DNA from: Camelus ferus
Taxonomy: Eukaryota
DNA length: 64,000 nucleotides
Assembly: GCF_009834535.1 (NCBI RefSeq)
Contig: NC_045696.1
Coordinates: 25,112,001 to 25,176,000, forward strand
Direction: 5' to 3'
This document shows, in pieces, positions 1-13,935 of this stretch. Within the stretch, counting starts at the first letter, position 1. Each line of letters opens with the position of its first letter. The position numbers and the translations under genes are program-made. The notes under the pieces were generated by a model that saw only the letters and a list, made by a program, of their open reading frames with translations, was not told the origin of the DNA and made no database searches.

Positions 1-150
1 AGAGTGTTAACTGATATATATATATATACACATACAAAGAGAGAATATAAAAAGTTCTGATATATATTAGATATAGATATATATAGAAAATATAAACATA
101 TTCCATATATTTATAAATAGGTATATAGAATATATAAGGAAATATATATA

Positions 151-434
151 CAGTTGGCCTTTGGAAAACATGGGTTTGAACTGCACAGGTCCACTTATAT
201 ATGGAAATTTTTCAAATAATACAGTACTCCACAATTCAGAGTTGTTTGAATCCATAGATGCAGAACCATGGGTATAGAGGGTCAACTATGGGACTTGAGC
301 ATGAACAGATTTTTGGTATCTCTTGTGGGTCCCAGAACGAATCCCCAGTGGATACCAAAGGAAAACACTATACAGATTTTTCAACTGCATGGGGAGTTGG
401 TGCCCCAACCCCTGCACTATTTAAAGGTCAACTG
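151..434 (+). mobile_element. Tigger2-derived MITE (MER8/Tigger2a-like, TcMar DNA transposon)
   Basis: Terminal inverted repeats CAGTTGGCCTTTGGAAAA...TTTAAAGGTCAACTG flanked by TA on both sides. Internal GGGTTTGAACTGCACAGGTCCACTTATA is typical of Tigger2/MER8. A homologous copy lies at 22588-22825. Confidence 0.85.

Positions 435-439
<5 letters not shown>

Positions 440-483
<44 letters not shown>
440..483. repeat. (TA)22 microsatellite
   Basis: Perfect dinucleotide run read directly. Confidence 0.97.
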
Positions 484-489
<6 letters not shown>

Positions 490-766
490 TAAGTTAATTC
501 ATATATATAGTTCATTCTCAAAGACACCCTACACAGTGTTATGATTCTTGTCCTACATTAATTAATTGTTATAGAAATGCCATACAGCTTAGTGTTCTTC
601 ATTATTTCTGATTTACAAAAACAAGTTCTTCATCAGACATCAAAGAATTCCAATTTTTGTTACCAGTTTTAAAAAGGGGAATAACCTATCAAGAGCATTG
701 TACATCATAATTTTAAACAGGAGTAAATAGAGCAGATTTTTTTAATTAACAAATATCCCTTAAACT

Positions 767-3700
767 TCCAGTTTCCAGTTTGACTTGTAAAGAGCTTAGA
801 AGTCACCACTCCATCCTAACAAGTAAAAAGTGTAACAGACTGAAAAATCAACAACTCTCCTTAGATCCATCAGAGAAAAGAGATCATAGGAAAAATTTGT
901 TTGCCCATAATTTGAGACACATAGCCAGGGCCAGAGACTCACCACTGGCTGGAGCAGAAACCTCTGAAGGAACCAGTGCTAGGGTAGGAGAACCTGAAAT
1001 GTAGTGGATGGATTGCTGGAGGCTCAGTGTGGACAACTGTGCAAGTTAAAAACTCCAGGGGACACAGATATGGGAGGCCCTCAAACTTTTGTGAGTTTTA
1101 CCTCCAGTATCTCTGCTAAGTCCTCAGGATATACCAGAGAAAAACCCCCCTGTGCTTCTGGCTGGGAGAGAGAAAAACAAAAAACACTATGTTGACACAT
1201 GCCTGAGCATCCTGTTCTCTTAACAAGGCCTGTTCTCAAGAGAAACTATTTTACCAGAGGTTTAAGTGCTGGAGTTTTATCAGAGCCTAACCTAACCGAA
1301 GGAAGAGAAATACCCAACTCCAGAGACTTCTAGTCTTTCACGTAGGGGAAGAGAAATACACAATTCAAGGATCCTCTAATCCTTCCTGTCCAACTAAGAG
1401 GAAAAAAAAAAATTGAGATACACTGGTGAGGTTCAAAGTCCAGGGACACAAGCTCACAAAACTTTGAGGCTATAACTCATAGGACTATAGCATGCTACCC
1501 CTCCTCCCACACCTTACCAGTATATTACTAAAGGCCTATTTAATACGGTATATCATGTCTGCCTTTTAACAAAAACTTAAAGGCATACAAAACGGCAACA
1601 ACAACAAAAACAACAAGACACCATGCATCTTGAAGACACTGAGCAAGTACCAGAATCAAAGTCGGATATGGCTGGAATGTTATAATTATCAGAATAAATT
1701 TTTAATATGATTAATATGCTAAGGGATTTAATGGGAAAAGTGCACAACATGCAAGAACAGATGGAAAATGTTACCAGAGAGATGGAAATTCTGAGAAATA
1801 TTTAAAAAGAAATGCTTGAGATCAAAAACATGTAATGGAAAAGAAGAATGCCTTTAGTGACCTTGTTAGTAGACTGAACAGAGCTAAGGAAAGACTCTCT
1901 GAACTAGAGAATATGACAATAGAAACTTCCAAAACTGAAAAGCTAAAAAAAAAAAAAAAAAAAAAAAAAGACTGGGGCAAAACCCAAGAATATCCAAAAT
2001 GTAGTTTTGTAAGGCAACTACAAAAAATGTGTGTGTGTGTATGTATGTAAATATACTTATGTATAAATGACACGAATGATGTCAATGACACAAGTGATGG
2101 GAGGAAGGAATTAGGAATACTTTTATTTTAAGGCACTCATGCTACCCATGAAGTGGCATTGCATTGTTTGAAAATGGACTTAGATTAGTTGTAAATGTAT
2201 ATGGCAAACTCTAGGGAAGTCACACACACACACATGAAAAAAATACAAAAAGGCATAACTGATAAGAAAGAAGATAAAATAGAATCTTGTAAGTGCTTGA
2301 TTAAAGCCACAAAAGGCAGAGAAAGTGTGGAAGATAAAAATAGGAATAAAAGATAAGGGCAACAAATGGAAAACAGTAACTAATATGGTAGGAATTAATC
2401 CAACTATATCAATAATCACCTTAAACATCAATGACCTAAATACAACAATGAAAAGACAGAGAATGTCTTTTAAAAGACACTTAATAGAGTTGATAAAAAA
2501 ATGAGACCCAACTATATGCTGTCTCCAAGAAACCCACCCACTTTAAATATAAATATACACATGGATTAATGGTAAAGAGATGGAGAAAAATTTAATATGC
2601 TATTATTAATAAAAAGAAAGTACACGTAGTTATATTCATTTCAGACATTGCAGACTTTAGGGCAAGGAAAGTTATCTGGGATAAAGAAGGCCATTACATA
2701 AGATAAAGGAATTAATACTCCAAGAAGATACAAAAATTCTTAACATGTATGTGTCTTAAAAAAGGGCCAAAACATATAAGGCAAAAACTAAGAGTACTGC
2801 AAGGAAAAATACATGAATCCACTGTTATAACTGGAGTCTTTAAGATGTCTCTACCAGAAATGGTTGCATACAACAGACAAAAAATTAGTAACAGTATAGT
2901 TGAACTCAACAGCACCATCAGTGAAATGAATGTAATTGATGTGTATAAACTACTTTATCCAACAACAGCAGATTATACATACTTTTTCAAGCTCACATGT
3001 TATATTCACCAAGATTGACTACATTCTGGACCATAGCACACACCTTAACAAATTTAAAAGACTAGAAATCATACAATGTCTACTTTCAAATTATAATGGA
3101 ATTTAAACTAAAAATCAATAACAGAAAGAGACCTGGAAAGTCCCAAAATACATTGAGATTAAGCTGGACATTTTAAATAACACATGGGTCAAAGAACTCT
3201 CAAAAGAAATGAATAAATGTTTTGAAATAATGAAAATGAAAATAGAGCTGTGAAATGCAGCAAAAGCAGAGTGAAATTTATAGCATTGAATGCATATAGT
3301 AAAATGAAGATCAAAAATCAATAATCTAAGTTTCCTCAGTAAACTTGAAGTACAATTTAAGTCAAAGTAAAGAGAAGAAAAAAAATAAAAATTAGAGCAG
3401 AAATCAATTTCCTGAAAACAGAAAATCGAGAGAGAAAATCAACAAAATCAAATGCTGGTTCTTTGAAAAGATCATTAAAAACCTCTAGGCAGGTTACCTA
3501 AGAAAAAAGAGAGAGAACACAAATTATTAATACCAGAAATGAAAAAGAGGTCATTATTACAGATCCCACGAACATTAAAATGGTAATAAAGGAATACTGC
3601 AAGCAACTCTATGCCTACAAATTTGATAACCTACGTAAAATGGACCATTTTGATTCATTGATAGACACTAGCTACCAAGTTCATGCAAGAATGTATACAC

Positions 3701-4692
3701 AGTCTGAATAGGCCAATATCTATTAAAGGAGTGGAAATTGATATTTACTAACCTCCTAAAGCAAAGCACCAGGCCCAGATGGGTTCACTGGTGAATTCTA
3801 CCAAGCATTTAAGGAAGAATTTATACCAATACTTTATAATCTCTTTCATAGGATAGAAGCATAGGTAATACTTCCTTATTCCTTCTATGATGCCAGCATT
3901 TCCCTAATACCAAAGTGAGACAAAGACTTACAAGAAAAATAAACTATAGACCAATATATCCCACAAACATAGATGCAAAAATTGTGAACCAAATTTAACA
4001 AATGAATCCAATGATGTATAAAAAGAACAGCACACCATGAAAAATGAGATTTATCCCAGGTCTGCAAGGTTGATTCAGCATTCAAAAATCATTTAGCTTA
4101 ATCTACCATATCAACAGACTTAAGAAGAAAATTCATATGATTATATCAATAGATACAGAAACAGCATTCCATAAAACCCAACATACATTCATGATAAAAG
4201 AACGTTCAGTAAACTAAGAATAGAGGGACTTCCCTCAACTTGGTAAATAATATCTACCAAAGAAACATTCAGCTAACATCATACTTAATGGTGAAAAACT
4301 TGAAACTTTCCCACTGAGATTGGGAACACGGCAAGTATGTCCCTTCTCACCACCACTTTTCAGTATTGTTCTGTGAGTCATAGCTAGTACAATAAAACAC
4401 AAAAAGGAGATAAGAGATATGCAGATTGGGAAGATAAAAACAACCTGTCTTTGAAGATAACATGACTGTCTCTGAAGAACTGCAAATAACAACAAGACCA
4501 ATAAAAATCCCTCCTGGAATTAATACCGAAGTTGTAGGTTACAAGGTTAACATACCGAAGTCATTTTCCTTTATACTATCAATGAACAAATGGAATTTGA
4601 AATTAAAAACACATTAGCATTTATAGTACCCCTTAACAAGTCCAGAAAAATCAAGTGTATGATTAAGAAGAACAAAATTGGAGGACTGACAG
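767..4692 (+). mobile_element. Old decayed LINE-1 (L1MC/L1MD-like): 5' region, ORF1 remnant, ORF2 endonuclease to RT remnants
   Basis: ORF 1835-2050 resembles the ORF1p coiled coil (SRLNRAKERLSELEN). ORF 2749-3018 resembles the ORF2 EN domain (LIDVYKLLYPTTADYTYF-like). Contains GCACCAGGCCCAGATGGGTTCACTGGTGAATTCTACCAA ([12 protein letters not shown]) and decayed RT motifs (YRPIS, SIDTE). Many frameshifts and stops. Confidence 0.9.
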
Positions 4693-6649
4693 TAGATTCA
4701 GGCTCTTTAGCTACTTTATAAAATTTTATCTTAGTGATGTATCCTTGTTTAAGAGTAATTATCAGGACATATTTAATCTGTGAGACTATCCTAAAGAACT
4801 GACATCAAGAGTCCTTTGTTCATTTTGAAAATTAGAAAAATGCAAACATTCAGTGACTCAGGCAACCTTGACAAAAGAGCAATTTAAAGTATTTTCTCGA
4901 TAGAAATCACTGAAGACTTTCATTTTTGCACTTATAAAAACATCTTCCTCAAGTCACATTTTATTTAGCATGCTACTTATGAAGGTATTTTGCATTACAG
5001 CCTAAATGTAGAAAAACTTATTACCCCTTTTCTGTTGAGTAAAACATGGCTGATTATGTCTGTTTCGGAATACTTTTGAGATGTAAATTTTATTTGAACA
5101 AAGGAAGTTGATTTGCATTTTCTAGTCTTTATATTTATCTCTTTGTGTAATCATCATTGTGTTTCTATTGCCTTTATGTAAATTATATAGATTCTGTCCA
5201 ACATAAAATTTCATACATGAAAAGTCCCTGATGTCATCAGCCTGCTTCCTCATTTTCTTTTATATGTGATCAATCTTGTTTTTACCTGCTCTGTGTTCTG
5301 GGTTCCTTTCCTCTTTATAAGAAGTGGATATTGGCTTTTTAAAATAAATTTTCTACCCCACAAGAAGAGATTTTTGGCATTGGTTATTTGTAAGAGTTCC
5401 CTTCTGTCAGATAGGCATAAGGCATATATTTATTGAATACTCACCCAGGCCTGCCTGAAAAAATAGTATTTATAATATATTATGCACAATATGTTATAAT
5501 ATATATCATCATTATATATGTATTTAATATATAAAATAATGTGAATAATACGATATAGATCATGATTATATAGTTATATACATACATATGTTTCTTATAA
5601 TTTTTTTTAAATATAAACGTCCTCTAACTTCATTCTTTCTAAGAATTCAAATTGGTATTTTTCAACAGGTAATGTCCTAAAATATCCAGTTGGGGCTTTA
5701 TGTCATGGTGGTTTCTCTATTTAAGGAGGAGAAGGCCGTAGTATAAATTTTCTTCTGTATAAATGTTTACAATAGAGATATAAGTGACATAGAGAAGAAA
5801 AATATAGTAGAAATTCAGTGATTACGTTGATAAAAGTTTATGGTATTTTACACCATTTTTGTTCTGTCAGTTTTCAAGATGAATGTATCCCTCAGAGACT
5901 CTCGTTCAACTTCATGAGTATAAGAATTTACAACAGCATAGTTATAAATATCAGTAGGACTTCCTGATTAAGATATCAGAAATCTAAGGTCTCTGACTTC
6001 ACTTCTCAGATGTGTGAAAAAGTTAAAAGCCATTGGTCAAATACATGCCAGATCCCCTAAAGTATTTCCAGTAACCACAGTCATGTGAAGCCCTGAGGAA
6101 AAATGGTAGAAATGCCCTAGAAAATATAAAACATCCTTCCTCCCCCTGCACAAGATTATCTAAAGAAGGAAAAAACAAGCAAACGGACCTCTCAAGAAAT
6201 TGGAAAGGAGATTCTTTCAACGTTCTTAGTTCTGTGTGCCTACCTTACAGGTATGGGTTTTTCAGTAACCAAATGGATGGAGCAAAACACTCCTAATCCT
6301 CAGTAGCAAGCAACTCTCATTAATACTCCTCTGGAATAGCTCACCAACAACATAATGCCACTAAATGAGAAATGTGTTGGGGATTTTGTTTCAAAAGATG
6401 CAAAGTCAATAGTGGAAAAGAACTGGGTTTAATAGATTTGCGGGAGAAGAATGCTCTAAATTTCTAACTCGCAAGAAAAGTGTCTTCCCCTGACTATCAT
6501 GTCATATCCACAGTGGAATGAAGCCTAAGAAATTTCAGAAAGGAGAGTCCACTACCCTCGGTTACCAAACAAGAAGATTGTATAAACATTACTCAAATAG
6601 GAGAAAATGGAAACTATGCAGTCAACCAACATGCTTTAAAAATGTAGAA

Positions 6650-7800
6650 TGTAGCCTTCAAGATACTGAAGGAAATCTTTCTTCTGAAAACAAAAGTAAA
6701 TTATAGATGCTTTGTAATTAAAATAAAATCAGCTAAGTTAGAGCTCATTAAACAGAATAGATAAGACAATAGACTGTACAAAAAGTGAACTATCTATGAG
6801 TTAGGTGGCAGTAAAGATTATACAGTGTAAACAGTAATCACAGAATTAATGCCAGCATCAGAAGCAATAAGAAGTGGAATTAAACTGGAGGAAGAAGTGA
6901 TGTACAAGTCACACTTAAGATGCTCCTCTATAATGCTAGGAGGGTGGGGAAGAGACTAAGATGCAAACTATGAACAAAGAGAAGATAGATGCTAACATAA
7001 AACTTTGTTACTTAAGTTGATATCAGAACCTATGGAATATAAACAATGATTAAAGACATAATAGAAGAAAACTTAATGAGCTGAGGCAAACTATGAGTTG
7101 TGAGTTGAGAAGGTGCATTGTGTAACAGGACAAATTAATGAATGAAGTACTAGGGAGAAACAATTTTTATTTCCAATGATAAAAAAAATTGTCATCACTG
7201 AACAAAAATGAAAGAACAATTACAAAGCAAAATAATAAAATCAAACTTTTTGTGAACATCTCTGCAACACTAAATAAGAGAAGTGTATGCTGCACTGACC
7301 ACTAACATTTTAAGTCAATTTATAACCCAAATAATGAAAAGTATAACTCAATGATTATTCATATATGAAGGAAGTAAAAGATGTATTCTTAGCTATATAG
7401 GGTCATCTCAGATAATGAGTCCATTCAGTATCAAAACATATGGGATAAAAGCAAAACTCCACCCAGAGTATAATGTGTACTATCTATACCATGGCCTATG
7501 CATGTGCATGACACATGTGCTATGAATGATGTACAGGACACACGTTATGATTGTCACACACTCATATAGGCACACAGACAAGATAATCATCCAGTATATG
7601 GAATGAGAAAAAAACACAACAGAAGCAAAATTAGGAATGGAAACTGTAGAAACAAAAATGTAGAAAATAAAAGACTTCCATGTTTAACTCTAATAAATGT
7701 GAAGATGTTGATGGCATTAATGATTTTATAGATAATAATTTACAAAACGTTGGACTGAACAAACATCAAATCATGATACATAACTGAAGTTTTAAAAGGT
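6650..7800 (+). mobile_element. Very old L1/HAL1 ORF1-region remnant
   Basis: A-rich strand with AATCAAACTTTTTGTGAACATCTCTGCAACACTAAA resembling the decayed L1 ORF1 IRL-DFS motif. Boundaries approximate. Confidence 0.4.
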
Positions 7801-8439
7801 GTTAAAGAATGACCTCAGTTGATATATCATAAGAAAATGATCTCTATCTCCAAGTAATTAAGAACCACCCTTACTGACTGGACTGCACAAGTAATTATCT
7901 TCCCCTGTGTGCTCCGCACATGGCTGGAGTATTCACAGGTAGTCCTAAGATTCAGAGTCCTATGATTCTGAACCTTCTCCCATTTTAGACCTCAGATTTA
8001 CTTAGCCCACCTTTATGATCAGTTATGTTTTAAAGAGTCTCCTGGCTCACATTTGAAGACTGAATGACTTATGAACAACTTTGAGAGCACAAATTAGCCA
8101 ACATAGCTTAGCTGAGAATATCCAGCCAAAAAGTACTTTAAAAAAAAAAAAAAAAAGACATAAGACTAGTCTTTAAAAAAACAGTAACTATCCAAAAGGG
8201 ATGTATTTTATGGGGAAATTATATTAGTATTCCAGAAGGAGATCAAATCATCTTGTTTAAATTAGGCACAACAGAAAGGTTAATAACACGTATGAGAATT
8301 TTCAGCATGACTCAACAATAGAAACTAACATACTGGGGCTTACTTATTTATTTTTCATTAGGTTTATTTGTTGACTTGATTTTAGATATTTGCCTGTTTG
8401 AATTTCTATAGATTATTGGCAATAATAGTAAAAATTATA

Positions 8440-8590
8440 ATATTAGCTCTTACTTAGCATTGACAATATGCAAGGCCCTGTGCTAAGTGTTTTACAAGTA
8501 TTGTCTCATTTTATCCTTACCTGACTAGTAACCCCACTAGTTAGGTCTCGCTATTATCCTCATTCTATAGAAAAGAAAACTGAGACATTC
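8440..8590 (-). mobile_element. MIR SINE fragment
   Basis: GGCCCTGTGCTAAGTGTTTTACA...TATTATCCTCATTCTATAGAAAAGAAAACTGAGAC matches the MIR core. Confidence 0.75.
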
Positions 8591-9254
8591 ATTTTTATGA
8601 CAATTCTACTTCTGTCTCATTAGAGAGACTAGTTAGTTAATCAGTATTCAGCATGAACAAAGAGACAAACATCCCTGCTTTGGAATATTTATAGTCGAGA
8701 GAGAAAGGCATCAGGAAAGGGAAAAAAATTGTGGACAGACATCTGGTAAAACTCTCTTTCTCAGACGCATGAGAATCTGACCTTTGGCTAACACTCTAAT
8801 GTTGTTCCCCTGGAAATCTGATAAGCATAGATTGTCAACTATATACTTCAACAGTATTACTTATGATAAGAAAAATGACCCCAAGTTGGGCAGTTGCACC
8901 TGGATTGGTATGAAATATAAAGGAGCTATGAGTACATGACTGAAGATGCCATATTTTGGGCTTTCGTAAATGTCAGGCAATTATAATGTACCTTGTGGGA
9001 ACCCTGTGTGCTGTGGTCCTAGAATTGTCAAAAGAAATACTGGTTTCTTCGGTGTGTGAGGTTATCAGGGAAGCCTTTGTACCTCATCTCCTTTTACCTG
9101 AACACCCGCTGGATGGCAGGACTGTTCCAGGGACCGCTTTAAGGACTTGTGTGGGGAGGAGCTCTTCATGCTGCCCTGCTGGCTGTGGTTCTTCAATATC
9201 TCCCCCATATAGATGGGTTCCTAGAATGCCATGTGGTAGTCTGAATACTGTTTA

Positions 9255-9530
9255 CACTTAGAGAGTCTCTCTAGTGAGTATCGTAATAGGCAAGGTGCGA
9301 ATATGGCCAATGGTGTTAAGTATTCTGATCAAGAAAGAAATGTCAAAGAGTGGAGGTGTAGCAGTGGAAATCAAAACAAAACAAACCAAATTTAATAGGA
9401 TGTCAAGGAGGATCTCACAAAGATGACCTTCTATAAAATATCTGAAAATAGTAGTGAGTGAATCATGTGCAGGATACAAGTAACGGTGAATACAAAGTCC
9501 GTTCAACTGTGAGCTCTGTGAGGCCCTGGC
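9255..9530 (-). mobile_element. L2 LINE fragment
   Basis: Decayed L2 3'-region motifs (AAGATGACCTT...ATCTGAA...GAGTGAATCATGTG...TACAAAG). Confidence 0.5.
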
Positions 9531-11613
9531 ACTCTGGTTTCCCACTTTTTCTCCAGAATACTTGATAAATTAGTGCATTTTCCCAAAGTCACATAGCTAA
9601 TAAGAGGCAGCAATGGATTTAGGAATCTGAAAGATGCGACTTAAGCTTGTTTTTATCTCCACTAGTACATCTGGGAAATCTGAACAACAATGAAAAACCC
9701 TCCATCCTTCAACAAAAATAAGCATCTGTTGTTAGAGGGAAGAACATAGCTCTACTTAACACCCTAAAAGTTACCCATCTGTTTGCAAGGGTGAGGTCAT
9801 GGGTCAGTTCAGCATATTTTTATACTGAAGAGTATGGTTCGCTACCTTCATGTATATATCAGTTTTGATGTCATCATATACATGTGTATGATCAATATCA
9901 TCACATTTGGTTCAGTACAAATATTATTTGTAATGTAAAACATATCAGGGTTAAAAAGAAATAGCCTCCAATTTTACAAGTTATTTTGCCAATTTGAGAT
10001 TGAATTTCTGCTGCAAAATTTTTGAGTTGAATTTTAAATTCTGTTTTAAGAAATAGACTGTACACTTCTATGGAGAATAGTATAGATAAGTCAGGTAAAT
10101 TTTCAAAAATATAAACTCACCAGAATGAGAAGCATCTCTGTGTTTCTAAAATTTTACATGTTATGAATGTGATTTTTTGGTATTTAGAACTTGTAATTTT
10201 TAAAATTAATAATGTGATTCCTTTGCATTATTTTAAAGCCTATGCTATAGTAACTACTGATGAGATAATAAAATAATTATGTAAGCCAAGTTATATATAT
10301 GCATATATATTTAAAGATCTATGCTAGGCTCACAATAGGTGTCCTATAATGACTAAGAAGGCATTAGTTTTGTTTTAGATTTTTTTTTGGTAAAATAAAA
10401 GTCAAATGAAACATAAACATAACAATTTCTTTCATGACCAATTCATAGTTTTTACATCATTTGATTGATATATGTATAGGAAGTTATCATTTAAGACATA
10501 TAATCCAGGTGAAACAAAGGCAGAGTTTTAATTTGAAAAATACTGGCTTTTAACAAATAAACCTTATGATCTAAGAGGTAATGACTACAAATGGCTGCTT
10601 TAAATGCCATGGTACTGGGTCAATTATTTTTTGTACATTAAATAATGATTTTAATAAAAGTCTCAAGTTCATGTTCTGAAAGCTATTACCTTTCAGCTAT
10701 TGCATATACCTCTCTGTCTAGAGGGCAAAGTGAACAACGTCTCATATTTTTCTTAGGCACAATATGAAAGCATTAATTTCCTTCTGCTGCTTTGACGGAA
10801 TGCGGTGCTTTGGGGCAAGTCAATGCAAAATGATCACATTTTCACTTGTAATCAATATAGCTGGCTGACAGTAGGCATCTATTTTTCATTCCAGCATCCA
10901 GTAAAGTAAAATGATATGTGAATTTTCTTCAAAAGAGGTGCTTTTAGGAAACACAGATGAAAATAACGTTTTTAGCAAGGCACTGTGAAAGTTGGTTATT
11001 ACTGCAACTTCCTGCCTGCAGAGACAGATGTGAGTCTGCCCTTTTCTTTTCTCCTCTTCTTTCTCTCTCAATGGGATAATTTGAAAATCTGTAACTTTAC
11101 TTAAGGAGTTTGCTATGAATCATAAATGACGGAATTAGTTTTTAAGGATAATATATTTAGTCCTTGGAGTGTCTCTGTAGACTCCTTAACTACTAAACAC
11201 CCACTATGTTTTAAGTGAAAAGCATAGATCTGCGTTTTATGCTGAAAAAAAAAATGTAATTACCAAATTGCTGCAGGTCCATTTTTTCCTAAGTCATAGA
11301 TTTCCTACTCATGAGATTTTCTGAAAAATGAGTAAGCTAAATTATAGAAAATGTCTCAAATTGCGGTTGGCTGATTTTGACTGCAAAGCAGTGGATATTT
11401 GATGTTGAAGTTGAAATGTTAGAGTGCCTGGAGAAAATAACTAACAATAAAAAAATCTACCTTTTATAAACTCCACATTATAGGATTCTGTGAATTTCAT
11501 ACTTATACCAAAAAGGTGTATTTTACGTGTTCAAATTCTATAACATTTGATTGCCTTTATATAAATAGATTTTGTGTTTACTCAGATGGTTAGGAAAATG
11601 ACTCATCAAAAAC

Positions 11614-11698
11614 AGAAGGGAAGGAAAAGAGGGAGAAAGGGAGGGAGGGAGGAAGGAAAGAGAGAAAAGAAGGGAGAGGGGAGGAAGGAGGAAAGGGG
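11614..11698 (+). repeat. 85-nt pure purine (GA-rich) low-complexity tract
   Basis: Only A and G between 11614 and 11698. Confidence 0.95.
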
Positions 11699-12416
11699 CT
11701 TTTAGGGCTGGCTAATTACAAGTATAGAAATTGCTTTGCTTCTGTAGACTTTTGGTCGCGTTTCCATGGATTCTCTCACTGATATATGGGTCAAGTTTTC
11801 AGCAATCTTGTCAAGGTAGATTTCATTTGTAGGTGAGGGAAAGGATTAAACAGGATGGTTTTTATTTTGTTTCATACGTGTCCAGATAGTGTAGGTTTGT
11901 AAACAGCATGGGGCTTGTGGGGTCGTGAGTGGTTTTTAACTACCAGAAAGAATATTGAGAAGACCAACTGGAACAGACTCCTGTAATTGTTTATCATTCA
12001 ATTACTTGGAACCCATGATTCCCTTGGTGATTCTTTCAGCTTGATTTGTTTAATGTCTGGGCACTGTCTGATACTGTGCATCTTGACTGAAATTAGAATA
12101 ACAGTTTGAAAGTGAAATGTTATGATTGACTTACAATTCAATGAAATTACAGTTTTAAAACATTACCTTTTGTTATGTATAAATAATACACAAATACATT
12201 CTGCCAATAAAGGAGTCAACCAATAAATGCCTATGTGGAATTAAACAGGTAAACCACTGTTTATGGGCTCCCTGCAACCTCAAGGCTCTCCAGAGTTAAA
12301 TACTTTTTTCAATATCATCTTTACCTTTCCAGTTCTATTTCTGTGCCCTTATAAACCTTGATGTGCAATCCACAGCTAGTGTTGTTTACTGAAAAATGCA
12401 GAATCATGTTGCATGT

Positions 12417-13022
12417 TGTATGAATTTTCTATTGCTGCAGAGCAAATCATCACAAATGTAGTAGCTTATAACAACACACATTTATTAGCTCATTCTTGGA
12501 TCTGAGAGCTGGCTTAGCTTGACTGGGTTCTAGCTTTGGGTCTCCCAGGCTGGAATCAAGATGCTGCCCAGTCTTAGTTCTTATATGGAAGTTTGGAGGG
12601 AGAATCTGCTTCTGAGCTCACTTAGGTTGTTGGCAGAATCTATTTCCTTGCAGCTGTACATCAGTGGTCCTTGTTTCCTTTTTGGCTGTTGGCCAAGGGC
12701 TGTCCTCTGCTGCTGGAGGCCACCCACATCTTTTGACATGGCCCCCTCTAACATCAGCACAGCAATGATATGTCAAGCTCTTCTCATCCTTTAGATATCT
12801 CTGACTTCCCTTCTGCCCTCAACCAGGAGAAAGCTCTGCTTTTAAAGGCGTATGTGATTACACTGGAACTACCTGGATAATTCAGAATAACTACTCTCTT
12901 CTAACATCAGCTGATTAGTAGCACTAATTACATATGCAAAGTCCCCTTTGCTTGGCAAGGAAGCACATTTCTAGGAGTAACACTAAGGGAAGGTGATCAT
13001 GGAGTCCAAAATTCTACCACCA
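12417..13022 (-). mobile_element. MLT1 (ERVL-MaLR) solo LTR, MLT1E/F/G-like
   Basis: Starts TGTATGAATTTTCTATTGCTGC...AAATCATCACAAA...AACAACACACATTTATTAGCTCA and ends AAAATTCTACCAC, the reverse complement of an MLT1 LTR. Confidence 0.85.
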
Positions 13023-13239
13023 CACTTCAGTTTTTGTGCAACTTGCCTTTTTTTTTTTTAAACTTTGCAACATGTCTTTGAAATCTGTCTGTAGATCTAA
13101 TGTTTCTGTATTTTTCTATTTTTTTTCTTGTATGGCACTAGTATATTTCTTTTATGGCACGGATATAGCGTACAGTATTTAGTCATCTTCCTACTTGTGG
13201 AAATTTCAGTTAGAAAATGTTTAGGTAATAAAATGATTT

Positions 13240-13490
13240 GAGGCAATGTAGGTTAGTGGTTTAAAAAAAATTAGATTTCTGAAATCGAATTGCCTGAGTC
13301 AATTAGTGGCTCCACTGCTTTACTCAGTATGTGAACTAAATCAGCTATTTAACCTATTTGGACTTTATATTTTGTTTATTTGTGGATAAATGATATCTAT
13401 TTCACAGGGTCATTAGGGGGATCAAGTAAAATAATAGAGGTAAAATGGTTATCCTGATATAAAATATGCACTGAAGCAATGTGAGGCATT
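13240..13490 (+). mobile_element. MIR SINE
   Basis: GTGGTTTAAAA...GCTCCACTGCTTTACT...TATTTAACCT...TTCACAGGGTCATT matches MIR. Confidence 0.65.
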
Positions 13491-13835
13491 ACTGTGCTAT
13501 ACAAGCTTAAGTATTTCTATGGCATAATTTCCTAGAAGCAGGATTTGGATCAAAGACAAATGCACTTTTAACCTAGAAAAATAAGACCTAAATTGCTTCA
13601 TTGCAAATACATCCCAGAAAAGAAGACATCACATTCTGATTTTTCCTGACCCTCTAATACTGGGTTAGGCGTTTTTTTATTTAACAAGTTATTTATTAAA
13701 TGTTTATGATATACAAGGTACCTGCTAAATATTATGGGGTACAATCATGAGCAAGACAGGCGTGGTTCTTGCTCATGGAGCTTACAGTTTAGCAACTTAT
13801 CAGTAAATTAACAAGATAGGCAAACAACATTTTTA

Positions 13836-13935
13836 AATTTTTTAAATTTTTATTTTTTATTTGAGTTACTAGGGATTGAACCTAGGACCTCATGCATGCT
13901 AAGCATGCGCTATAACCACCCCTCAACTGGAGCTA
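13836..13935 (-). mobile_element. tRNA-derived SINE, camelid Vic-1-like
   Basis: Minus strand reads ...GCGCATGCTTAGCATGCATGAGGTCCTAGGTTCAATCCCTAGTA (B box GGTTCAATCC) followed by an A-rich tail. Flanked by near-direct repeats AAACAACATTTTTA / AAACACATTTTTA. Confidence 0.8.

Noticed and set aside
67..497. Overlapping ORFs sharing GPVQFKP/LFKGQLY with ORFs at 22567-22996
   Set aside because: The similarity comes from translating Tigger2 MITE termini and (TA)n, not from a gene family.
5623..5674. TTTTTCAACAG|GTAATG recursive-site-like motif on +
   Set aside because: An earlier AG (5642-5643) intervenes after the putative branch point and the pyrimidine tract is short; compatible with chance.
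10880..11035. Exon-like unit TTCCAG|...AGAT|GTGAGT
   Set aside because: All frames are closed near its start and there is no independent support.
13855..13915. tRNA-like sequence with a B box
   Set aside because: A-rich tail, TSD and broken D arm show it is a SINE, not a tRNA gene.
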